From positions 1-27,667 of IMG/VR virus record IMGVR_UViG_3300033487_000035: 27,667 nt of DNA; one strand, given 5' to 3'. The notes beneath the pieces were generated by a model. It was given only the letters and a program-made list of their open reading frames with translations. It did no database searches and was not told where the DNA came from. This document shows positions 18,791 through 25,330 of the stretch, one piece after another; position 1 is the first letter of the stretch; every line of letters starts with the position of its first letter. Made by a program: the position numbers and the translations under genes. The stretch is from a virus (Duplodnaviria; Caudoviricetes).

Positions 18791-20212
18791 TTATCCGTCC
18801 GTCTGGTCCTCGCCCCCGGAGCCTTCTCCGGTTGCGGGAGCCTTGCCGCCATCGTCACCAGCGGGTTCGGGTGGCGTCGGTCCTGCTGCGGGAGGCTGGT
18901 TCTCAGTACCCTGCCCGCTGATTGGCTGTCCAGATGGGCTGATGAGGCGAGCCGCCACGTCATCCAGCCACTCGACCGGGATTGCGCCCGCCGCTGTCTG
19001 GACAAAGTGAACGTCGCCGCCGTCAATCTTCGGCAGGCCGAGTTCGCCCTTAATCTGGTTGATAGACATAACGCCAAGCCTCTCAGCCTCACCGTACAAC
19101 TTCATCATGTCGAGCATGTCACGACGGCTAGAGTCGTTCTGCCTGAACAGAATGTCGTCCCACTTGTAGAGCAAGAGGATAAGGTCGTTGTTGATTTCTT
19201 CCTCGACAACCAACTGCAGCGGAGCGATATTCTCCTGCCTGAACGTGTTGTCGGCTTCCTTCGAGGTCGAACGGTTCGAGTCCTCGGTGATACCCAACTT
19301 GGAAGGGTCAATGTCGAGAACGGAGAGGATTTCCTGACGGTTGAACTTACGGCCCTCAATGAACTGCATTTCCTGACGGGTGGAGACTGACTTGTTAATG
19401 TCAATGTCGCCTTCGAGCAGGACAGGCTTGTGTGCATTTTCGGGACCGACGTAGTTCTGCGTCAGCCACTCACGGTTGCGCTCGACTTCTTCCTTGTTGC
19501 TGTTCTTCATCGAGAAGATGATGCCCGTGTGAGCGGAGTTCTCGAAGAACCTCTCGTTGAACTTCATTGCGAACAGGTCGGACGCAACTGTCAGTTCGAG
19601 CGAGGATAGGAGGCTAAGACCACGAATATCGTTGTCGGGGTCATCGAACTTGAACTGTACGATTTCCTCGGCTGTGTACTCGATTGCGTCTTCGCTCTCA
19701 GCGATAGGTCCGTAGCGCCACTTCGACAACTGGCCATCTACGGTCTTCTCGTCCATGTAGTATGGGTGGAGCCTGCGGGCGCTGATTGGCGTCCCCGCTG
19801 CGCTCTTGTCGCGGATGATGAGCCAGAAGGCTTCACCGTAAATCAGCAAGTCCTTGTAGGTCACGCGGAGCAACTGGCTGCCGTTTGACACACGGAAGAA
19901 CTTGCGGAGTGCCTTGACCTTTGTGTCCTCGACTGGCTCGTCTGGCTCAGACGGGACAAAGCGGTACCCGTTAGCGACGGCTACCTTAGCAATCTTCTCG
20001 ATACCGGCACGCACAGTCGGGTGCTGCCTGTACATTTCGTAGAAGGTCGCATAGCGAGCCTTCCTGCTGCGGTCAATGAAGTACGCTTCGCCATTCTTGG
20101 TCGCGCCAAGAACGGTGAAGTTAGCCCTCACCGCGCCGGGAGCCGTCTGGCCAACCTGCGCCTTCTGTGCAGCAGCGTCGGTTGCTGTCTTAGTCCTTCT
20201 AGTCGCTGCCAT
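18791..20212 (-). CDS. Portal protein (HK97-family), 473 aa
   Basis: DLLIYGEAFW, RGLSLL, FFENSAH, NAHKPVLLEG, MQF, IDPSKLG, MSINQIKGELGLPKIDGGD. Confidence 0.92.
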   Translation of the reverse strand: MAATRRTKTATDAAAQKAQVGQTAPGAVRANFTVLGATKNGEAYFIDRSRKARYATFYEMYRQHPTVRAGIEKIAKVAVANGYRFVPSEPDEPVEDTKVKALRKFFRVSNGSQLLRVTYKDLLIYGEAFWLIIRDKSAAGTPISARRLHPYYMDEKTVDGQLSKWRYGPIAESEDAIEYTAEEIVQFKFDDPDNDIRGLSLLSSLELTVASDLFAMKFNERFFENSAHTGIIFSMKNSNKEEVERNREWLTQNYVGPENAHKPVLLEGDIDINKSVSTRQEMQFIEGRKFNRQEILSVLDIDPSKLGITEDSNRSTSKEADNTFRQENIAPLQLVVEEEINNDLILLLYKWDDILFRQNDSSRRDMLDMMKLYGEAERLGVMSINQIKGELGLPKIDGGDVHFVQTAAGAIPVEWLDDVAARLISPSGQPISGQGTENQPPAAGPTPPEPAGDDGGKAPATGEGSGGEDQTDG

Positions 20213-20414
20213 TGTCGTCCTTACGCAGGTAGAATGTCCACGTGCAACTCAGTCCGTTGGGGTCCGAGACGCGGACACTCCATGAGTTCTTCCTCACGGT
20301 AAAGCCCGAAACGTCCCCACGCTCAATGGCGCGACGAACACGGCGAAGTGCTACCTTCACCAACGGGCTGAGTTCTGTCTTGGAAACAAGACGGTCGAGT
20401 TCACGTGTGTTCAT
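20199..20414 (-). CDS. Hypothetical protein, 71 aa
   Basis: ATG 2 nt after the upstream stop; MNTRELDRLVSK...; overlaps the portal start by 14 nt. Confidence 0.55.
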   Translation of the reverse strand: MNTRELDRLVSKTELSPLVKVALRRVRRAIERGDVSGFTVRKNSWSVRVSDPNGLSCTWTFYLRKDDNGSD

Positions 20415-20416
20415 GG

Positions 20417-20605
20417 CTATGCTGTCTCCGGTCCTTCCTTTGCGGTCCACTTGACAGTGGTGCCGCACTTTCGGCAGGGGCCTTCGACAGAGCCACGGAT
20501 AATCCTGTAGAGGTCACGGTGCTTGATGGCGATGCGCTCACCAGAAGCCTCCGCGTACCCAAATAGGGTACCGCAGGTGCACCTGACCGGCACTGGTCTA
20601 CTCAT
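20417..20605 (-). CDS. Com-like zinc-ribbon protein, 62 aa
   Basis: VRCTCGTLFG...EGPCRKCGT, four Cys spaced like Mu Com-family zinc ribbons. Confidence 0.65.
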   Translation of the reverse strand: MSRPVPVRCTCGTLFGYAEASGERIAIKHRDLYRIIRGSVEGPCRKCGTTVKWTAKEGPETA

Positions 20606-20624
20606 TGGCTCTTGGCCCTCTCGG

Positions 20625-22070
20625 TCAGCCGATGATGGACATGCGAGGGGCTACGCGCCCTTCGCCGTACATGGCGAGCATCAGGGACCAGAAATAGTCG
20701 TCTGATGCGTTGCCTTCACCGGCAAACTTGTAGAAGTTAGCCTCCGTCTTGGTTCGACGGATGCCGTGGATTTGACGCCGCAGGTCCCCTAGGTTCGGGA
20801 AACTGACTCGTCCTGTCTGCATGTCACCCTTGAACTGGGTCGCCCACTTTTCCTTCTTGGCGTTAGTGAAGACCACACCCTCAATGTTAGTATTGAGGAT
20901 GAGTCGCTTGGCGTCCTCCACAAACGTTGCACCGACACCAGTCTGGTCGATGGAAACCCGGTTTGGCTTGACCGCCTCGATGAGGCGTTGCATGTATTGA
21001 AACTGCTCGTTGTACGGGTCCTGCGACGGCTTCGTGAACAGAACCTTCTTGACGCCATCGTCAAGATGCTCAACGACCGTGAACACCGTTTGGTCGCGTT
21101 CCTTTGCGAGGTCAACGCCGATGCTGAGGTATCCGGCTGCGTCGTAGGACGGGTGCCACTCGCGCCAGATTGCGGCCTCGTTATCGGTGCAGTTGACAAT
21201 GAGGTCCCACGTGTAGTACGCTGTGGCCTCGTCAGCGAACGAAGCCTCGTACTCCGTCTGGAACCCAATAAGGTCGCCACCGAAGTTGTTGTAGATGATG
21301 CGCAGTTTGTCCGTGCCGTACTTTAGGACTCGTTCCTCGCTGCCCTCGACCGCAGCGGCCAGAGCCAAGGCTTCCTCATACAGTTCCGGCTTCACCATTG
21401 CCGAGCACTCCCACCACGGTACGGCGTGGCGGCTGTACTCGGGGTAAGCCTGCGTGTTTGTCATAATGTCGTAGAACAGTCCAGACTGGCCGAGCGGGGT
21501 GCTGATGATGGTCAGGCGGCTGTTTCCACGGGTGATAGCGGGCATCGCGGCGCGGTACAACTTGTTTGCGTCCCTGATGTGCGCAAACTCGTCAAAGTAC
21601 ACGTCCTTGCGTCCACCACGGACTGCGGACGATGCTGGCTGGCTGATGATGGTGCTTGTGTGAGGCGGGCGGTGGAAACTGATTTCCGTGTCCGCGTCTG
21701 TCCACAGAACCGGCTTTAGGGGTGGATTGTGGGCCTTGAACTCGTCAGGAATGCTGTGGTAGATGTTCCTAGCAATCTCAATCTTGTCAGAAGCCTCCTT
21801 CTGGTTGATTGAGACGATGTTAGCGCGATACGCCTGCCCTACAGCAGCCTTGTGGACGACCTCGCCCGCGAGGATTGTCGAGAAGCCAATCTGGCGGCTC
21901 TTGTTGACGATGCGGAAGTAGGAATGGTCATTCAGGAAGCGAACCTGATACGGTTCGAGCCGGAATGGCGCTCCATCCAGTTCCGTCAGCGTTTCCAGCC
22001 ATACTGCCGGGTACTGAGCCAACAAGGATACCAAGTCGTCCATTTGCAAGGAGGTTTCGGTCTGCGACAA
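20625..22070 (-). CDS. terL: Terminase large subunit (Terminase_6/Mu gp28-like); start uncertain (22070 TTG or 22043 ATG)
   Basis: EPYQ; Walker A NKSRQIGFST; Walker B VYFDEFAH; motif III ISTP; nuclease IGVDLA, IDQTGVG, DDYFWSL. Confidence 0.95.
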   Translation of the reverse strand: MSQTETSLQMDDLVSLLAQYPAVWLETLTELDGAPFRLEPYQVRFLNDHSYFRIVNKSRQIGFSTILAGEVVHKAAVGQAYRANIVSINQKEASDKIEIARNIYHSIPDEFKAHNPPLKPVLWTDADTEISFHRPPHTSTIISQPASSAVRGGRKDVYFDEFAHIRDANKLYRAAMPAITRGNSRLTIISTPLGQSGLFYDIMTNTQAYPEYSRHAVPWWECSAMVKPELYEEALALAAAVEGSEERVLKYGTDKLRIIYNNFGGDLIGFQTEYEASFADEATAYYTWDLIVNCTDNEAAIWREWHPSYDAAGYLSIGVDLAKERDQTVFTVVEHLDDGVKKVLFTKPSQDPYNEQFQYMQRLIEAVKPNRVSIDQTGVGATFVEDAKRLILNTNIEGVVFTNAKKEKWATQFKGDMQTGRVSFPNLGDLRRQIHGIRRTKTEANFYKFAGEGNASDDYFWSLMLAMYGEGRVAPRMSIIG

Positions 22071-22593
22071 TCTTCACAAGCGGCTGTTCGCCGTCCTTCT
22101 CCGTGTCCTTGCCCTTTTCGACCTGATGGCGAAGGGTAAGGAGAGAGTTTAGCACCTTTAGGCGGTCAGTTACGTCCCTGCGGAAGACGACCTTCTTGAC
22201 CGTGCCAAGAACCTCGCCAGTGTCAGGGTCAATGTCGATTTCGTTCTCGCCCTGCATTTCAGCGATGAGCGCCGGGTGCAGGTTGCGGCCCAAGAGCAGG
22301 ATGAGAATGTCCAGTTCGCGCTCAGTCGAGACGACCTCGCCGCCCTTGACGACCTTCTTTAGGTACTCGTAGTGCTCAGGCGGGATGACGCCCTCGAACT
22401 GAATGAGCAACTGGTCTGCCAACTCTGTCGGCACCAGCGACTTGCTCTTGTTCTTCGAGCCGGGTGGACGGCCCCTGCCACGCTTCTCGCCAGCGAGGTT
22501 TCGCGTGCGTGCCACTGCGCCGGTCCTCTTGCTGCCCTCTGTGGAGCGAAGACCGGTGCGGCTGTTGGCGTGGCGGGGTTCCGTGTCAATCAT
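21928..22593 (-). CDS. Probable terminase small subunit with an AT-hook-like motif, 221 aa
   Basis: Directly upstream of and overlapping terL; KRGRGRPPGSKNK motif; helical core. Confidence 0.6.
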   Translation of the reverse strand: MIDTEPRHANSRTGLRSTEGSKRTGAVARTRNLAGEKRGRGRPPGSKNKSKSLVPTELADQLLIQFEGVIPPEHYEYLKKVVKGGEVVSTERELDILILLLGRNLHPALIAEMQGENEIDIDPDTGEVLGTVKKVVFRRDVTDRLKVLNSLLTLRHQVEKGKDTEKDGEQPLVKIVADRNLLANGRLGILVGSVPGSMAGNADGTGWSAIPARTVSGSLPE

Positions 22594-22596
22594 GGG

Positions 22597-23034
22597 TTAG
22601 CCGAGCAGCATGTAGCCGACGCTGTACGTTGCGGGGTTCGCGTTGTTGGCCGTCACGTTGATGCGCCATGTCTTCGGAAGACGGTCGTTAGCAGATGCGT
22701 TGGCAGTGTTCGCTGCTCCGGGGTAGATGAGAAGGGTCTTGGTCTGGTTCGTTGCGATTGCGGCGGATGCCAGCATCACAACGTACTTGCCGGAAGCAGG
22801 GTCCTTTGCCTCTACGGCGATGGTAACAGAACCGGTGCCAACGGTCGTCATGTCGAGGACGACACGGATGCCCTTCTTGTTCAGGTTCGTCTGGTCTGCC
22901 ATCGTCTGCGTCGTGGTACGAGAGCCAGATGCGAGGAATACCCCCTCAGCGTTGTCGCTGTCGGCAGCGCCCTTGATTGGGAGGCCATTCGGGTAGTATA
23001 CACCACCAATGATTACTTCGTCGCCTGCCGACAT
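22597..23034 (-). CDS. Hypothetical beta-rich (possibly virion decoration) protein, 145 aa
   Basis: GGAG 6 nt before the ATG at 23034; Ala/Thr/Asn-rich beta-strand pattern. Confidence 0.6.
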   Translation of the reverse strand: MSAGDEVIIGGVYYPNGLPIKGAADSDNAEGVFLASGSRTTTQTMADQTNLNKKGIRVVLDMTTVGTGSVTIAVEAKDPASGKYVVMLASAAIATNQTKTLLIYPGAANTANASANDRLPKTWRINVTANNANPATYSVGYMLLG

Positions 23035-23057
23035 TTGCGTCTCCATTCTGAAATGTC

Positions 23058-23096
23058 GAAGCCCCTGTCGGCCACAACCGGACCAACAGAGGCTTC
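23058..23096 (-). terminator. Hairpin closing the RNA island (terminator-like)
   Basis: GAAGCCUCUGU...ACAGGGGCUUC extended stem; only a weak U tract follows. Confidence 0.4.
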
Positions 23097-23099
23097 TCG

Positions 23100-23404
23100 T
23101 ATATGAGCCCTTTTGACCACTAGGCTAAGTGGTGAACGGTGAGATTGCCTACTCACATGCGCGTGCAAAGTTGGTTTATAGCAGTAAACTGTAAACCACG
23201 CAACCCTACGTTAGCCTCCCGGCAAGAGTTCACGGCTGGCACCGCTCCGCACCTTCCGCCGTTTAGACGCAGCCCGCTCATCGCGTCGGCCACTGCCCAC
23301 GTACTTCCGTGTGCGTTTTCTATCTCCGTAGTCCCGATATGCCCCCACTCTGCGGTAGAGGCTATTCCGGCACGTTCCTGACGAGGCCGCTAAGCCCCGC
23401 CATT
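23100..23404 (-). ncRNA. Large structured ncRNA block with pseudoknots (possibly GOLLD-like 3' domain)
   Basis: No credible ORF; many G.U-containing hairpins that pair on the minus strand; loop-loop pairing UAGGC/GCCUA; family assignment is inference only. Confidence 0.6.
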
Positions 23405-23410
23405 ATATAG

Positions 23411-23484
23411 TGGCTAGCCCGCAAGGACTCGAACCTTGACCTGAGTGCTTCAAAGGCACCCGTCCTGCGTTAGACGACAGGCTA
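23411..23484 (-). tRNA. tRNA-Gln(UUG)
   Basis: Loop CU-UUG-AA; U1-A72, G73, CCA. Confidence 0.9.
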
Positions 23485-23485
23485 A

Positions 23486-23560
23486 TGGTGAGCCGAGAAG
23501 GACTTGAACCTTCAACCTAGGGGTTAAGAGTCCCTTACTCTGCCGTTGAGTTACCGGCCC
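23486..23560 (-). tRNA. tRNA-Lys(CUU)
   Basis: Loop CU-CUU-AA; G2.U71, A73. Confidence 0.9.
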
Positions 23561-23561
23561 T

Positions 23562-23639
23562 TGGAGAGTCAGACGAGACTCGAACTCGCATCATAGGCGG
23601 GGTAAAAGCCCGCTGGTCGCCGTTGACCTTCACTGACCC
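23562..23639 (-). tRNA. tRNA-Lys(UUU), atypical scaffold
   Basis: Loop CU-UUU-AC; 4-nt acceptor/D connector, 7-nt variable loop, U73. Confidence 0.75.
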
Positions 23640-23641
23640 AT

Positions 23642-23716
23642 TGGTCGCCGTGGGTGGACTCGAACCACCGGTACAGTGCTTATGAGACACTTGCCTTACC
23701 ACTTGGCTACACTGCG
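23642..23716 (-). tRNA. tRNA-Met(CAU) (elongator Met or Ile2, not resolved)
   Basis: Loop CU-CAU-AA; C1-G72 paired, A73. Confidence 0.8.
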
Positions 23717-23718
23717 AT

Positions 23719-23794
23719 TGGCCTCTCCGAGTGGACTCGAACCACCGACCTTGGCGTTAGGACCGCCCTGCACTGTCCGCTGTGCTACAGAGAG
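23719..23794 (-). tRNA. tRNA-Arg(CCU)
   Basis: Loop GU-CCU-AA; A20, G73. Confidence 0.88.
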
Positions 23795-23795
23795 T

Positions 23796-23871
23796 TGGCA
23801 CCACCGGAGGGACTCGAACCCTCATATTGCCTGTTTAGAAGACAGGTGTCTTTCCATTAGACTACGGCGGG
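23796..23871 (-). tRNA. tRNA-Arg(UCU)
   Basis: Loop CU-UCU-AA; A20, G73; 1-72 mismatch. Confidence 0.88.
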
Positions 23872-23872
23872 A

Positions 23873-23947
23873 TGGAGGTCCCTGTCAGACTCGAACTGAC
23901 GGTGATGTGGGTTGCAACCACATGCCTTTCCCCTTGGCTAAGGGACC
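23873..23947 (-). tRNA. tRNA-Cys(GCA)
   Basis: Loop UU-GCA-AC; U73. Confidence 0.9.
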
Positions 23948-23949
23948 AT

Positions 23950-24026
23950 TGGTGCTGCCAGTGGGCCTCGAACCCACGACCGGGAGTTTTTCAGGCTCCT
24001 ACTCTACCGAACTGAGTTACAGCAGC
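23950..24026 (-). tRNA. tRNA-Phe(GAA)
   Basis: Loop CU-GAA-AA; A73. Confidence 0.9.
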
Positions 24027-24027
24027 A

Positions 24028-24314
24028 TGTTGCGCTGTGGTGCTACCGGCTAGGCCGGTTCCTACACACTCCGGGTGACTAAGCCGGGGCCGGGAGCCAC
24101 GCAAGGTTGTCGGCCTTGAACGAGGTCCGCATCGACGCTCATATAGTAGCGGTTTAGGAGACTTCCCGCAGACGCTCCCGTTTCCAGCGCGCCCCAGCCA
24201 CCGGGAGTCCCCAGCAGCCGCCTCCACCATCACCGGGTTCGAGTTTCCCAGTGTACAGGCTTATCATTGATGCCGTTACGTTTTACGTCCAGACCCCGGC
24301 CAACGGACTCATAT
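24028..24314 (-). ncRNA. Structured ncRNA block inside the tRNA array (unassigned)
   Basis: About 290-nt gap in an array whose spacers are mostly 1-2 nt; multibranch helices GAGUCC/GGACUC, CACUGGG/CCCGGUG, UUGCG/CGCAA, ACCGGC/GCCGGU. Confidence 0.5.
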
Positions 24315-24317
24315 GGT

Positions 24318-24391
24318 TGGAGCCTCCGCACGGATTTGAACCGTGATAACTGCCTTACAAGAGCAGTGTCCTGCCGTTAAACGACAGAGGC
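24318..24391 (-). tRNA. tRNA-Thr(UGU)
   Basis: Loop CU-UGU-AA; G1-C72, C2-G71. Confidence 0.9.
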
Positions 24392-24392
24392 T

Positions 24393-24469
24393 TGGCGAGG
24401 TCAATGGGACTCGAACCCACTATCTCTAGCGTGACAGGCTAGTATCAATACCACTTAGACCTTGACCCC
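24393..24469 (-). tRNA. tRNA-Asp(GUC)
   Basis: Loop CU-GUC-AC; G73. Confidence 0.9.
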
Positions 24470-24470
24470 A

Positions 24471-24549
24471 TGGTCCTTGCTGCTGGACTCGAACCAGCGG
24501 CCTCCACATTATCAGTGTGATGCACGCATACCTACCGTGCTCAGCAAGG
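24471..24549 (-). tRNA. tRNA-Ile(GAU)
   Basis: Loop CU-GAU-AA; A73. Confidence 0.88.
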
Positions 24550-24554
24550 ATAAA

Positions 24555-24621
24555 CGCCCTTGTCGTCTCGAACGACTCCTTCCGCTACGCGCGGACGTGC
24601 TACCGATACACTACTGGGGGC
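24555..24621 (-). pseudogene. Degenerate tRNA-like element without CCA
   Basis: D arm GUGU/GCAC, stem UCCGC/GCGGA with a 5-nt loop, T arm GUCG-UUCGAGA-CGAC, only a 4-bp acceptor GCCC/GGGC. Confidence 0.65.
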
Positions 24622-24623
24622 TA

Positions 24624-24701
24624 TGGTACCGTAACGGGGGCTCGAACCCCGGACCTCCTACTTGGCAAGCAGGCGCACTAGCCGAACTGTGCTACTACGG
24701 T
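24624..24701 (-). tRNA. tRNA-Gly(GCC), atypical acceptor identity
   Basis: Loop UU-GCC-AA; A1-U72, A73. Confidence 0.8.
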
Positions 24702-24702
24702 A

Positions 24703-24780
24703 TGGACAGCGCGACGGGACTCGAACCCGCATAATCGACTGGTTAAGGGCCAGTTGGTCGCCATTGACCTACACGCGCCG
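24703..24780 (-). tRNA. tRNA-Lys(CUU), atypical scaffold
   Basis: Loop CC-CUU-AA (C33); same scaffold as 23562-23639; U73. Confidence 0.72.
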
Positions 24781-24782
24781 AT

Positions 24783-24858
24783 TGGCTCCAGAACGAGGAC
24801 TCGAACCTCGCACTCCACGGTTAACAGCCGCGTATGTTACCACTAACACCATTCTGGA
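24783..24858 (-). tRNA. tRNA-Asn(GUU)
   Basis: Loop CU-GUU-AA; U1-A72, G73. Confidence 0.9.
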
Positions 24859-24859
24859 A

Positions 24860-24935
24860 TGGTCAGGGTAGCAGGACTCGAACCTGCGACCACTTGTATC
24901 CGAAACAAGTGCGCTACCAACTGCGCTACACCCTG
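24860..24935 (-). tRNA. tRNA-Pro(CGG)
   Basis: Loop UU-CGG-AU; C1-G72, A73. Confidence 0.9.
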
Positions 24936-24936
24936 T

Positions 24937-25013
24937 TGGTCACACCCGCGAGACTCGAACTCGCACTACACACGGTCTGAACGTGCTCCCTCTGCCATTT
25001 GGGGTACGGTGTG
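24937..25013 (-). tRNA. tRNA-Leu(CAG), short variable loop
   Basis: Loop UU-CAG-AC; GGCAGA D loop, A73. Confidence 0.85.
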
Positions 25014-25015
25014 AT

Positions 25016-25092
25016 TGGTACTGATGGTGAGACTCGAACTCACACTGAATAGGCTCTCGACCTACCCCCTCTGCCGATTGGGGTACACCAGT
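25016..25092 (-). tRNA. tRNA-Leu(GAG), short variable loop
   Basis: Loop UC-GAG-AG (C33); GGCAGA D loop, A73. Confidence 0.82.
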
Positions 25093-25093
25093 A

Positions 25094-25170
25094 TGGCACC
25101 GCTGATAGGACTCGAACCTACAACCTAAACGTTCGTAGCGTTTTGCACTATTCCATTGTGCTACAGCGGT
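25094..25170 (-). tRNA. tRNA-Arg(ACG)
   Basis: Loop CU-ACG-AA; A20, G73. Confidence 0.9.
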
Positions 25171-25171
25171 A

Positions 25172-25248
25172 TGGTCGGGCAGATGGGACTCGAACCCACA
25201 TCGTCCGGTTTGAAAGACCGGCTTCCTAGTCCATTAGAAGACTACCCG
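25172..25248 (-). tRNA. tRNA-Glu(UUC)
   Basis: Loop CU-UUC-AA. Confidence 0.88.
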
Positions 25249-25250
25249 AT

Positions 25251-25324
25251 TGGCAACGGCTCTAGGACTCGAACCTAGATTTTGGGGTTCAGAGCCCCTC
25301 GTCCTACCTTTGAACGAAACCGTT
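25251..25324 (-). tRNA. tRNA-Gln(CUG)
   Basis: Loop CU-CUG-AA; G73. Confidence 0.88.
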
Positions 25325-25330
25325 ATGTGT

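Noticed and set aside
24036-24068. SRP RNA domain IV look-alike (UAGG...AGCA)
   Set aside because: No GNRA-capped short stem and no long SRP rod; kept only as part of the unassigned ncRNA
24218-24250. tmRNA (CCGCCTCCACCA and GGGTTCGAG on the + strand)
   Set aside because: The T-loop-like sequence lies after, not before, the CCA; I found no matching 5' acceptor strand or tag reading frame; it is on the opposite strand to the island
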